Numbered from the stretch's first letter, positions 9,045 to 18,883 are shown. The stretch is 64,000 nucleotides of DNA from an uncultured Parapedobacter sp. (GCA_964613725.1 CAZTJY010000001.1:1256-65255), one strand, 5' to 3'. A program made the numbers and translations. The notes: a model not told the origin generated them from the sequence alone.

Positions 9045-11294
9045 TCAAAACCCAAGTCGGTCGTCTAATTGCGGCTCTTCACTGGGCCTGAACTCCTCGT
9101 ATTTACTGCAGTCTAACTCCCTGGTGAGCCCCCCCTCCGGCAATGGGAAATCGCCCTGCGTATAATTCAAAGTCGTATCGGCATAGATTTTCTGCATGTA
9201 CAAGGCAAATACCGGCAACGCAGCCTGCGCACCCTGCCCTTCGGCCATGGAGGCGAAGCTGATGCCCCGGTCTTCAGCACCCGTCCATACACCACTTACC
9301 AACTCGGGTGTGATGCCGATGAACCATGCGTCCGCGTTATCATTGGTGGTGCCGGTTTTACCTCCGATGGGATTGTTAAGTCCATAACGCCAGCGTATAC
9401 GGCCGCCAGACCCGTTAGCAACCACGCTTTTCAGCATATCAACCATAATATAAGCTGTCTGGCTGTTCAGTACTTTGGAAACCCGTGGTGCATTTTCGTA
9501 AATCGGCATGCCGTTCTTGTCTTCGATACGGAGGATATAGGTTGGCTCTACCCACACACCATGGTTTACAAATGCAGAATAAGCACCGACCATGTCGTAT
9601 ACCGATGCTTCATAAGCCCCCAATGCGATCGATGGAAACTCGGGTACATCAGACGTAATGCCCATGCGCTTGGTCAGCGCCGCTACCGGTGTAGCCCCCA
9701 CTTCGTCAATCATGTAAGCCGTTGCATAATTCTGTGAGTGAGCTAAGGCCGTACGCAACGAGATTGGGCTACCAGCCGAGTTATCACCGCGGGGCGACCA
9801 GGCATACGGGCCCGTACCGACGGTGAGCGGCACGTTGGGCACCTTGAAACAGGGCGAATAACCATTGTCGATTGCCACCGCATAGGTAAACGGCTTCGCC
9901 GTCGATCCCACTTGCCGGGTACCTGTTTTCACTTGGTCATATTTATAATGTTCGAAGTTGATTCCACCGACCCAAGCACGCACATAACCCGTGTGCGGTT
10001 CCATAGACATAAATGAGTTCCGAAGAATGAGCTTGTTATACCGGATGGAATCCATCGGTGTCATCACGGTATCCCTGTTGCCATCCCACGTAAAGATGGT
10101 CATCGGCACCGGCGTATCGAAGTCCTTCTTGATTTCTGCTTCGGTCTTACCGGCTTGCTTCAGCATCCGGTAGCGGTCTGAGCGCTTCATGCCCGTTTCT
10201 AGCAGTTTCGCCTTTTCGCCCCGGAACGGGTCGCGGTTTTTCCACTGCCGGTCAAACGAAGCCTGGACGGTTTTCATCCATTCTTTTTGTGACTCTTCGG
10301 CATACTGTTGCATTTTCGAATTGATGGTCGTATAGATTCTAAGACCGTCCCGATCCAAATCCCATGGGCTACCATCGGCTTTGGTAATTGATAACTCGTT
10401 GAATTCCCGCTGGATTTCACGTTTCAGTACGGCTCGGAAATATGGAGCCAAGCCATCGCCATATTCAGATATGTTCATATCCAATATCAACGGCTTTTTC
10501 TGCAGTTCCAACGATTCTTCCCTAGTGATATAACCGGCCCTGCGCATGCTTTCAATGACCACGTTACGGCGAACGATAGACCGTTGCGGATACCGTACGG
10601 GAGAATACATCCCTGGCCCCTTAAGCATACCCACGAGAGTTGCTGCTTGTGGTATATCCAACTTATCAGGTGTTGTGTTAAAGTACGTACGGGCAGCGGA
10701 TTTAATACCGAACGTGTTGTAGGCACCAAAATCGACCGTATTAAAATACATCGTGATGATTTCCTCTTTGGTATAATTGCGTTCAAGACGTACCGCAGTA
10801 ATCCATTCCTGGAATTTCTGGATGATGCGCTTGCCAGTGTTCCGCGCGCGGCCTTCGGAAAACAAGTTTAGCGCCAATTGCTGGGTAATCGTACTTGCGC
10901 CTTGGCGCTTGCCGATTAGGTTATAAAAAATAATGGTGAACGTACGCCGGTAATCAATACCCGAGTGGCGGTAAAAGCGCTTATCTTCCGTAGCGATGAG
11001 CGCCTGCACTAAATGGGGCGACAGCTGTTCATAGCTCACTTTCGATCGGTTTTGCACATAGTAAGTTCCCAGCACCTTACCATCGTCCGAGATGACCTCG
11101 GACGCAAGGTTACTTTTTGGGTTTTCCAAATCGCGGAAAGTAGGTAACTTACCAAACAACCCCACGCCAACACAAAAGATAAATAAAAACCCCACCAAAA
11201 TGAGACCGATAAGGACCTTCCAAAAGACACGGGTATACCGGCTGATTTCATCTTTGGTTAGCTTGTTGTTCGTATTCTTTTTCTGTCTATTCAT
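9045..11294 (-). CDS. Class A penicillin-binding protein 1A (transglycosylase/transpeptidase)
   Basis: N-terminal TM; GT51 motifs EDKRFYRHSG and GASTITQQL; transpeptidase motifs STAK, SQN and KTG. Confidence 0.93.
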   Translation of the reverse strand: MNRQKKNTNNKLTKDEISRYTRVFWKVLIGLILVGFLFIFCVGVGLFGKLPTFRDLENPKSNLASEVISDDGKVLGTYYVQNRSKVSYEQLSPHLVQALIATEDKRFYRHSGIDYRRTFTIIFYNLIGKRQGASTITQQLALNLFSEGRARNTGKRIIQKFQEWITAVRLERNYTKEEIITMYFNTVDFGAYNTFGIKSAARTYFNTTPDKLDIPQAATLVGMLKGPGMYSPVRYPQRSIVRRNVVIESMRRAGYITREESLELQKKPLILDMNISEYGDGLAPYFRAVLKREIQREFNELSITKADGSPWDLDRDGLRIYTTINSKMQQYAEESQKEWMKTVQASFDRQWKNRDPFRGEKAKLLETGMKRSDRYRMLKQAGKTEAEIKKDFDTPVPMTIFTWDGNRDTVMTPMDSIRYNKLILRNSFMSMEPHTGYVRAWVGGINFEHYKYDQVKTGTRQVGSTAKPFTYAVAIDNGYSPCFKVPNVPLTVGTGPYAWSPRGDNSAGSPISLRTALAHSQNYATAYMIDEVGATPVAALTKRMGITSDVPEFPSIALGAYEASVYDMVGAYSAFVNHGVWVEPTYILRIEDKNGMPIYENAPRVSKVLNSQTAYIMVDMLKSVVANGSGGRIRWRYGLNNPIGGKTGTTNDNADAWFIGITPELVSGVWTGAEDRGISFASMAEGQGAQAALPVFALYMQKIYADTTLNYTQGDFPLPEGGLTRELDCSKYEEFRPSEEPQLDDRLGF

Positions 11295-11324
11295 TCTTCT
11301 ACTTAAAACGCACGCCTTGCGCGG

Positions 11325-14222
11325 TTACCTATCCAATTGTTCCTGATATACGGTATGGTAATCGTCTACCTTATCGAAATCAGATAACGTGCCAAAATTT
11401 GTCTCGGTGATAACAAAGGTATTATAGAGATCGCCCGGGATTTTCATGATATCGGATATAAGCGGTAAAATCCGTGTTTCATACCGTTTGGCGTCAGCGT
11501 AGTTATTAAATGGCCCGATGTAAATCAATTGGTTATCATCGCTTACCGTCTTCAACTGGTGAGAGATGGTCTGGGCGGCATAGCGTGTACGATTGAACTG
11601 ACCGATGCCGAAACGCGAGGGTGCTAAGTTAACGCGCCCGTTCATCACGTTCACCACGAAGTAATACGTTGCCGAATCTGGCAGCAATGTCAAATCGCGA
11701 TACACATTGGGGCCCAGTTCTCCTACATCCGCTACTTTCGCCAGTTGTTGCTTTGTTACGCCCCGTCCATTTCCTAGTCCTTGCTGGCCCGCTATCCCCA
11801 TGCTTGCGGCTGTAGCCACGGCCAATTCCCGGCGCGGGGGTGGTGGTTTAGGCCCATGTGTAATCACGAGCTGCGGCCATAATGTCATGGTCGGTTCATC
11901 GACGAACCGCTCCCTGCCTTCAACAATGGGGAGTAGGGCATATTGCCGGGTGGATAGCGTATCACGATGGGCCTCGATAAATGACAAATGCTGGTTAACA
12001 AGTGGAGTAATAAGGCTATCGTCAGGAAAATCCGCGACCAGCCCCTTTAAAGCATTTTCGAACGTATCGAGCCGCGATGTCCTGCCCCACGCCAGCGCCC
12101 GCAGGTAAGCCAACTGGATCAACGTCTGTTCGCGCCCTGCTCCATTGTCGAGTATCCGCGTAACTTCGTCAATTACTTCGGGGTATTGTTGTTCGGTATA
12201 GTAGGTATACGCGGTTGCGTACGCCTGATCTAAGGCGCGCTGCTCTTGCTCCAATTTGATAAGGTACATTGGATCACGGATAATCGCGCTGTACCGCGAG
12301 TCGGGAAAATTCGCTAATAGCTTTTCGCGGTAATGGGCCGTTTTAGCCGCATCAATATCGGCATATAACCGATAAAGGTTGTAATATAATAGCGATGCAT
12401 CTGTTGTAGCTGGGTAGCGGGTCAACAGCTCCTCGTAGGTACGGATAGCTGCTTTGTCATCGCGCAATTCGTCCCGGTAACTATTGCCGATTCGCATCAG
12501 TGCGGTATGTATAAGCGTATCCGAAGCAGCTATTTTCTCCTCTGTGTCAGGCAGCTCGTCCAAGTACACTTGTCGAAGCTCCGCCGCCCATGTTGCACTG
12601 TCCACTTCAACGGTATCCCTCAGCGAAGCATCGACGACTTCGGGGGTGCCGGTGGCGACAGTGGCCACAGCTACCCCCACCGCCATATCACTGAACCGCC
12701 AGTTATCCTTCAGTTGGCGGTTGCCCCACCGACGCCGAAACTCCGCCTGCCCCATTCCCATGGCATCGGGGTTATTGAAGTAAAAGCGGTTGTCGGTATA
12801 GGTAGGTGTAGCTGCAAGCATATCATCGAACGGCGAAATGCGCGCCGATTGTCGGGACTTCTTTACCGTTGTTTCTTCCTTGTCGGCTTGACGTTGGATC
12901 CAACGGTGGGTAATCAGACTATCCAACTCAGCTTGCCGCTGCACCTCGCCTAGCCCCGCGAGGTACTGCAAACTATCTTGGTGCGCCACGATTCGCAATT
13001 GTGCAATGAGGCCGTCCAAATTCGCAATTTTCCGCTGCACCTCCCCTGCCTGGGGAAAATCGGTCGGCAACACCATGCCCACACTGTCGTAGTAAAGCTT
13101 TGCAGTGGGGTAATCAGCTGCCTGAAAATAATGGTCGGCCAACGCCAGGAAAGTCAGCGTGGTCTGGTAACGGTTGCTACTTTCCTGTCTCAGCGCCAGT
13201 TCGTAATTAGCCAAGGCTTCGGGCAAGTGGCCATCGGCATAGAAAATCTTGGCAATCTGGAAATAAACCTGATCTTTGAACTCTTTGTTCTTGCCATCGC
13301 GCAACATACGCCGCAACAGTTTCACACGTTGTTCGCCCATTCCATTTTCCTCCGTTGCCAAAAACACACGGTTCAATCCCGCATGGAACGACATCTCATA
13401 AGGCGCATTGCTCCGCACCACTTTACTATAGTGGTCATAAGCATCATCTGCTCGATCGTGCTTTTGCAACAGTTGTCCCAACAAGAAATGCCACCGCAAC
13501 TTGGTGGGCCTATGCCGGGTATGCTCGATGGCTTGCTCGAGCATCGTAATCGCAGACGCTTCATCGTGCATCAAAAGGTAGTACTTGGCTTGTGTAGCGA
13601 ATGCTAGCCCCGCTGACTTCCTCTCGGATTCCAGTCCGGCGAATACAGTGTCGAGCACCAAACCGGCATCGGTAAGGTTGCCGAGTTGCATTTGGGAGCG
13701 CGCCTTCCAAACTAGCGCAGCCTGGCGGTACTCCGGCATATCAGCGAAAGTATTGGCCACATAGGTGAAAAACTCCACGGCGTTGTAGTAGTTTCCCTTC
13801 AGATAGTTCGCTTTTCCGGTAAGTAAGTAAGCTTCGTTGATGTATTTGCTTTTCGCTTTTTTGTTGATGATATCCCTGGCCTTGCCGATCACCGAATCCA
13901 TCAATTGGGTATTTGCCAATGCCGTAGCCTCCGTGGGTTCGATGAGTACCGGCAAAAACTGCTGGTAGTTGTCGCGGTGTGCCTCAAAATTCTCACGCGT
14001 TACATCCGCAATGATTTTACGACCATGGTAGACTATATTGAACTTGGCCGTCAAGTTCTCCATCATATCGTATTCGACCTCGTTTTCTTTGGCCCTATTC
14101 GCGGCGCATCCCATTATCACGCAACAGACCAAAGTGCCTGCGGCAATACGACGGACCGAAAAAGCGGACAAGTGCCGAAAAAAACAATATATTTGCTGGG
14201 AATGCACATGCAAAAATATCAT
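11325..14222 (-). CDS. sprE: TPR lipoprotein, type IX secretion/gliding SprE/PorW family
   Basis: Lipobox IMGC, TAKFNIVYHG, multiple TPRs and the conserved FYFNNP...GQAEFRRRWGNRQLKDNWR segment; near bactofilin/atpZ. Confidence 0.8.
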   Translation of the reverse strand: MIFLHVHSQQIYCFFRHLSAFSVRRIAAGTLVCCVIMGCAANRAKENEVEYDMMENLTAKFNIVYHGRKIIADVTRENFEAHRDNYQQFLPVLIEPTEATALANTQLMDSVIGKARDIINKKAKSKYINEAYLLTGKANYLKGNYYNAVEFFTYVANTFADMPEYRQAALVWKARSQMQLGNLTDAGLVLDTVFAGLESERKSAGLAFATQAKYYLLMHDEASAITMLEQAIEHTRHRPTKLRWHFLLGQLLQKHDRADDAYDHYSKVVRSNAPYEMSFHAGLNRVFLATEENGMGEQRVKLLRRMLRDGKNKEFKDQVYFQIAKIFYADGHLPEALANYELALRQESSNRYQTTLTFLALADHYFQAADYPTAKLYYDSVGMVLPTDFPQAGEVQRKIANLDGLIAQLRIVAHQDSLQYLAGLGEVQRQAELDSLITHRWIQRQADKEETTVKKSRQSARISPFDDMLAATPTYTDNRFYFNNPDAMGMGQAEFRRRWGNRQLKDNWRFSDMAVGVAVATVATGTPEVVDASLRDTVEVDSATWAAELRQVYLDELPDTEEKIAASDTLIHTALMRIGNSYRDELRDDKAAIRTYEELLTRYPATTDASLLYYNLYRLYADIDAAKTAHYREKLLANFPDSRYSAIIRDPMYLIKLEQEQRALDQAYATAYTYYTEQQYPEVIDEVTRILDNGAGREQTLIQLAYLRALAWGRTSRLDTFENALKGLVADFPDDSLITPLVNQHLSFIEAHRDTLSTRQYALLPIVEGRERFVDEPTMTLWPQLVITHGPKPPPPRRELAVATAASMGIAGQQGLGNGRGVTKQQLAKVADVGELGPNVYRDLTLLPDSATYYFVVNVMNGRVNLAPSRFGIGQFNRTRYAAQTISHQLKTVSDDNQLIYIGPFNNYADAKRYETRILPLISDIMKIPGDLYNTFVITETNFGTLSDFDKVDDYHTVYQEQLDR

Positions 14223-14421
14223 TTATTTTCATTCGAGAACAATTATTCGGTAGTTGTCGACTTTGAATGGCATGATTCATATGTGCTTGTCTCCAATCGT
14301 ATTCTTGCGTTCACGGATGTTCGGCCCATGAATGCTCCTCAATTTGTTCTTAATGGCCTCATGGAACCTGCATTTCCATCGGCTATAATTAATTATACAC
14401 GCAACTTAGAAAGGAGCTATA

Positions 14422-15306
14422 GTGGCGAGACAAAAAAATAAGCTATCCAAAATATTGAGTGCCCGCTACAAGGTAGTGGTACTCCATGAAGACACCTTTG
14501 AGGAAAAAGCGGCTTTTCGGGGTAAGTTATGGTATTGGATTAGTGGAACCATATCAACCATCATCGTACTTGTGGTATTAACGATTGTCCTCATCCGCTC
14601 CACGTCGTTGCGCGAATATGTCATCGGTGGGTCGCTAAGCGGATACGAACGCACGGTGCTGTTGGAGACCTACGCACGGATCGACTCGATGGAACAAATA
14701 GCCCGGGCGCAGGAGCAATACCTTAACAATATTAAACAGGTGATCAGCGGTGACGTTGGAGAAACCGCGGCGGAAGCACAGGAAAGACATCCAGTGGGTG
14801 ACAAGGTTTCGTCGCTTGGCTCGGAAATTCCAGATACGGGCCTCTCTGAAGATGAGTTGGCCCTGCGGGAACTGGTGGAATCAGGTGCCCCCTATGATTT
14901 ACCCGAAAACCCCGGCCCCGTACGGACAGGCATCGCATCTTACACCTTCTACAGTCCTATCAAGGGAATCATCAGTTCGAGTTTTAGTGCCCAAGAGCAG
15001 CATTACGCAGTGGATATCGCAGTGAAACAAAACGAGCCGGTGCGCAGCACCCTGAGTGGCCACGTAATTTTTGCTTCCTACACGCCCGAAACCGGCTACG
15101 TCGTCATTGTGCAGCATGGCAATAATTTGCTATCGTTGTATAAACATTGTGCATCAATTATCAAAAAAGTTGGTAGCTTTGTGCGTGGCGGGGAAGTAAT
15201 TGCGTTTGCCGGAAATACCGGATCGTTGACAACAGGTCCGCATCTCCATTTCGAACTCTGGTATAATGGCAACCCAGTAAATCCCACGGACTACATCGCT
15301 TTTTGA
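14422..15306 (+). CDS. M23 family metallopeptidase
   Basis: N-terminal TM and coiled coil; zinc motifs HYAVD and GPHLHFE. Confidence 0.9.
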   Translation: MARQKNKLSKILSARYKVVVLHEDTFEEKAAFRGKLWYWISGTISTIIVLVVLTIVLIRSTSLREYVIGGSLSGYERTVLLETYARIDSMEQIARAQEQYLNNIKQVISGDVGETAAEAQERHPVGDKVSSLGSEIPDTGLSEDELALRELVESGAPYDLPENPGPVRTGIASYTFYSPIKGIISSSFSAQEQHYAVDIAVKQNEPVRSTLSGHVIFASYTPETGYVVIVQHGNNLLSLYKHCASIIKKVGSFVRGGEVIAFAGNTGSLTTGPHLHFELWYNGNPVNPTDYIAF

Positions 15307-15327
15307 TAACCAAACGTTTACCTAAGC

Positions 15328-15768
15328 ATGATTAACATGTTTACAAATAAAAAAACCGAAAAACTACCAGAAACACGGAGTAGTAGTTTCAACTTGATTG
15401 CCGATGGGACCGAAATAACGGGTGATATCTCCACTACAGGCGACTTGCGTATTGACGGCCGCATCCGCGGCAACGTTTCTTGCACGGCTAAGTTAGTTGT
15501 AGGCGATGGCGGCGACATCACCGGAAACATCAGTTGTTGCTCAGGCGAGATTTCCGGCACCGTGCAGGGGCAAGTTGTTGCCAAGGAAGTCCTCCAGCTC
15601 AATCAATCGGCAATGATCCAAGGAGATATCGAAGCGATGCGGTTCATCGTTGAAGATGGCGCGTCCATCAATGGCCGCTGTACCACCAGCCGCAGCCTGG
15701 CCTTACCCCAACATCAGCCCGAGGTGAAACTGATTGCGTATGAAAAGCCGGAAGCGGTTACCGACTAA
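15328..15768 (+). CDS. Bactofilin (polymer-forming cytoskeletal protein)
   Basis: Beta-helix repeats IADGTEITGDI, LRIDGRIRGNV, ISGTVQGQV and VEDGASINGRC. Confidence 0.92.
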   Translation: MINMFTNKKTEKLPETRSSSFNLIADGTEITGDISTTGDLRIDGRIRGNVSCTAKLVVGDGGDITGNISCCSGEISGTVQGQVVAKEVLQLNQSAMIQGDIEAMRFIVEDGASINGRCTTSRSLALPQHQPEVKLIAYEKPEAVTD

Positions 15769-15976
15769 AACACTGGGTAAATACGCATATTTCAGCGGGG
15801 TCGGCTTCCAGATGCTGGCCATCATCGGTGTGTTCACCTATATCGGGTATCGTATCGACGAATCGCGCGGGGCCGAAACCCCCATCTGGACGGCGCTCTT
15901 TGCATTGGCCGGTGTGTGCATCAGCATGTATACGGTGATCCGGGCGGTGACACGCAACAACAAAAAGCAACCTTAA
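15740..15976 (+). CDS. AtpZ/AtpI family small membrane protein
   Basis: Two TM helices with YAYFSGVGFQMLAIIGVFTYIGYRID pattern; overlaps bactofilin 3' end. Confidence 0.8.
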   Translation: MKSRKRLPTKTLGKYAYFSGVGFQMLAIIGVFTYIGYRIDESRGAETPIWTALFALAGVCISMYTVIRAVTRNNKKQP

Positions 15977-15989
15977 CCCGTTCACACGA

Positions 15990-16937
15990 TTACAACGAAA
16001 ACCGTCTGGAGATCGTAAATCCCCACCGGAACTGCCCTTTGGTCCACGAAGAAGTGGTCACAGGAATGTATTGCATTTCTTGGATGGCTGTGGCATTGGT
16101 AAAATTGAGGTTGAAGATATGGCCACCTGTTTCGATCTCCAGACCGATGCCCAACGGATTGTAAAGCGCGGTGATGGCTTCCGCATACTGTTCCCTGCTT
16201 GCCATTGATCGGAATGGCAGGAAATAGTCCATCACCAGCGCCATACGCCTACTTATTTTCAACCGCCCACCAACTCCTAAAGCGAACAGGTTGTCTTGAT
16301 CGTCGTAATGTGCCGTGGTATTCCTACGGATATATGTGGGATGCACGGCCAGCGACAGTGCCGAGCCGAATTTACGGGCAATTATCAATTGCCCTACGAT
16401 ATTAAGCCGGTCGGCAAACTGCCGGTATGATGTAGCTTCACCGTCGTTTTCCAAGTCAGCCTGTACACCGGGTATAGTTACGCTGGCGTAACCTGTTATG
16501 GTAAGCGGCACCTTGCCATCGACGGTTTGCCGTAGCATCCTGTATTTAACATTCCCTTCGTATAATTGTGTCACTTGGGTAGCCCCCTTTGCGCGCGCAA
16601 TACCAACATTCAGATTGTCCGTTATTCCATACTCAAATCCGATTTTTATATCCGTAGCGTTATCCAAGCCGAAGAAATTCTTCGCGCCGCCATTCGCGCC
16701 GGCGATGTCACCAAACCGATGGTCCACCTTGAAGTCGAGCTCGCGTTTATGGATGGTCTCGGGCGACTGGCTATTAATGATGCGCGTCGTCTTGAACGTA
16801 GCGTCCACTGCTTCTCGTACCTGCGTGCCGCTGTCGGCCAGTGCCACTTCGATGTCGATCTGTGCCGCCACGGGAAGTGAAAAGACTACTGCCGTGATGA
16901 ATAGCGCCGTACATTTGATCAATTGCGTAATCTTCAT
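15990..16937 (-). CDS. DUF5777 family outer-membrane beta-barrel protein
   Basis: Signal peptide; motifs FKTTRIINSQS, HRFG and ETGGHIFNLNFTN; C-terminal FRWGFTISRRF. Confidence 0.85.
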   Translation of the reverse strand: MKITQLIKCTALFITAVVFSLPVAAQIDIEVALADSGTQVREAVDATFKTTRIINSQSPETIHKRELDFKVDHRFGDIAGANGGAKNFFGLDNATDIKIGFEYGITDNLNVGIARAKGATQVTQLYEGNVKYRMLRQTVDGKVPLTITGYASVTIPGVQADLENDGEATSYRQFADRLNIVGQLIIARKFGSALSLAVHPTYIRRNTTAHYDDQDNLFALGVGGRLKISRRMALVMDYFLPFRSMASREQYAEAITALYNPLGIGLEIETGGHIFNLNFTNATAIQEMQYIPVTTSSWTKGQFRWGFTISRRFSL

Positions 16938-16949
16938 AATCGATAACGT

Positions 16950-17489
16950 TTACTTGGTATAGGTTGCTGAGACAGCGACTTCCACCACTTCAGCGATGTT
17001 TTTGATAACGATCCGGGGGATATCCACGTCGTGGTCGGACACGCGCACGTTGAATTTGGCAACAGCCGTTATGGACGGCCCATTAACGTGAATGGTCGCT
17101 GGGATAACATACCGTTTTTCCACCCCATGAATATCCATCGTGCCAACCACCTTTACCGAATACGTGCCGTCGCGGCGCCAGTCGATGGGCGCATCGATTT
17201 TACCATTAAACGTGGCGTGCGGAAACCGATGGCTTTCCATGTAATTCTCATTGAAATGCTCTCGCATAAGCCGCTTTTTGAACGTAAAGGACTTTATGGA
17301 CACCTTGAATGCGATTCCTTGGCGACCAGTATCAAGAACTGACGTTGCCGTTTCGGCCACCGCTGAAATATTTTCCAGTGGTGCTTTAGAAAAAAAAGAT
17401 ATCCGGCTTGTCTTGTCGATCAATAAGCCCTGCGCTTCAGCATAGAAGCACAGGACCATTGCGAAAAACCAAACGTATACCTTTATCAT
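16950..17489 (-). CDS. YceI family lipid/polyisoprenoid-binding protein
   Basis: Signal peptide; motifs ISFFSKAPLENI, LMREHFNENYMESHRFPHATF and GTMDIHGVEK. Confidence 0.9.
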   Translation of the reverse strand: MIKVYVWFFAMVLCFYAEAQGLLIDKTSRISFFSKAPLENISAVAETATSVLDTGRQGIAFKVSIKSFTFKKRLMREHFNENYMESHRFPHATFNGKIDAPIDWRRDGTYSVKVVGTMDIHGVEKRYVIPATIHVNGPSITAVAKFNVRVSDHDVDIPRIVIKNIAEVVEVAVSATYTK

Positions 17490-17866
17490 TGCGGAGCCCC
17501 CTTATCGATCCAAGCCTTGAGCAATTCCCGTTCGCGGGTAGACAAACTCCCGTTCTTGGGCATCACCCGGCGTACAATGACCGCGTCGTTGATACGATCG
17601 ATATTGTCCTTTACCGAATTGAAACTTGAAAATGTCCAATGCGGTGTTCCTTCTCCGGAACCTGTGTGGCAACTACTGCACTTCGATTGCAGCAGTGCCC
17701 CGACGAAATTGGTATAGGTCACACTGTCGGCGGTCACATCATCGCCCCCGCCATTTCCGGGCGGGTCGGGATCGGGGGTTGGCCCCTCGCCTTTCCCGCA
17801 TGCGATAAATCCGTACATTAGTCCGAGCAGGGCTACCCTCCAAATGGATGATTTCAAGCGTGTCAT
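17486..17866 (-). CDS. Monoheme c-type cytochrome lipoprotein
   Basis: Lipobox FIAC, CSSCH heme-attachment motif, MP (candidate distal Met) and terminal WIDKGA. Confidence 0.85.
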   Translation of the reverse strand: MTRLKSSIWRVALLGLMYGFIACGKGEGPTPDPDPPGNGGGDDVTADSVTYTNFVGALLQSKCSSCHTGSGEGTPHWTFSSFNSVKDNIDRINDAVIVRRVMPKNGSLSTRERELLKAWIDKGAPQ

Positions 17867-17910
17867 TGTTATTGGTTAAAACCTATGATAAATAAATGAA
17901 ACGTTAATTC

Positions 17911-18753
17911 TTAAGGAGCGATCGCATCCGGTGAATCGGCATTTAGCACCGGCCAGATGCCCGCGGCAGGAAAGTCAACACCTTTGTTTTCTCCACGAGC
18001 CGCGTCTTGCCCGAAATAATAAAGCGGCCATCCTTTATAGGTGAGTTGCGTACGACCGAACACGTCAATTTCGTCGAAATCAGCATGATCAAGCACCGAT
18101 GGAACGGAGGCCAATCCGACATCATAGATTGGCCATACACCGTTGTTGGAAAAATCGTCATTCGTAAAATTATTGCTATTATAGCGGTCTTGGACAAATC
18201 CATATAGGGTACGTCCGTAACCATCAACGATGTACCGCGTTTGTCCTTCACCAGGAGTGAGGTCTTCGGTATACAGGGTACCGTCTACGCCTACCAATTG
18301 GTGTTGCACCACCATGACCGAATAATCGGGTTTGGCGACAAACCAGTTGCTGCCCACCCCATCTCCACCGATCTCTCCCGGTGCAGCATCATTGGCATAA
18401 TAATATAATGGCCAACCTTTGTAAGTGGATTGCAACGAACCGTCAGCCAATGTAAGGGTTCCAACATCCTCACCATCGATGGCCCCACTGGCAGCAGCAT
18501 TCGCACTGTAGTAGGCCGGCCAAATCGAGGCACAGTCGCCGGCGCACGCCGAGGTTCCATCGGCATCACGCGCGAAGAAGTAGAGCACCATGCCCACACT
18601 ATCAGTCAGCACCTGACCATAGGAAGCATCGGTCGCAACAAAAATCCCCATATTTTCCTCGGGGTCGGCCGGATTGTCTTTTTTACAAGCGGCGATCGGC
18701 AAGCAAACCACCATGGTTGCCCACCATACCAATTGGTTGCGATGTACTTTCAT
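17911..18753 (-). CDS. COG4315/Lipoprotein_15 repeat lipoprotein
   Basis: Lipobox IAAC; duplicated G.TLY.F.xD and Q.TYKGWPLYYY/F repeats; CAGDCASIWP motif; ATG at 18753 chosen. Confidence 0.85.
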   Translation of the reverse strand: MKVHRNQLVWWATMVVCLPIAACKKDNPADPEENMGIFVATDASYGQVLTDSVGMVLYFFARDADGTSACAGDCASIWPAYYSANAAASGAIDGEDVGTLTLADGSLQSTYKGWPLYYYANDAAPGEIGGDGVGSNWFVAKPDYSVMVVQHQLVGVDGTLYTEDLTPGEGQTRYIVDGYGRTLYGFVQDRYNSNNFTNDDFSNNGVWPIYDVGLASVPSVLDHADFDEIDVFGRTQLTYKGWPLYYFGQDAARGENKGVDFPAAGIWPVLNADSPDAIAP

Positions 18754-18800
18754 AACGTTATGGATGATGTGATCTCTTTTAAACAACTCCATACTTGCCA

Positions 18801-18827
18801 TACGGTACAAACAGTGAATCGGTTGCC
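18801..18827 (-). promoter_or_regulatory. Putative ECF-sigma promoter GGCAACC-N16-CGTA for the COG4315-cytochrome c-YceI-DUF5777 operon
   Basis: Minus strand reads GGCAACC GATTCACTGTTTGTAC CGTA; AAC and CGT are typical ECF -35/-10 cores. Confidence 0.7.
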
Positions 18828-18856
18828 TCCATAGTGAAAAAAAATCAGTGTATCTA

Positions 18857-18883
18857 GGCAACCTTCCCGATCAAAAGCTCGTA
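18857..18883 (+). promoter_or_regulatory. Putative autoregulatory ECF-sigma promoter GGCAACC-N16-CGTA
   Basis: Plus strand reads GGCAACC TTCCCGATCAAAAGCT CGTA about 26 nt before the sigma gene; same motif and spacing as the divergent copy. Confidence 0.7.

Noticed and set aside
12978-14441. Plus-strand ORFs of 209 and 178 aa
   Set aside because: Antisense to sprE with no protein-family features
18754-18861. N-terminal extension of the COG4315 lipoprotein
   Set aside because: Runs through the ECF promoter motifs; the signal peptide starts at 18753
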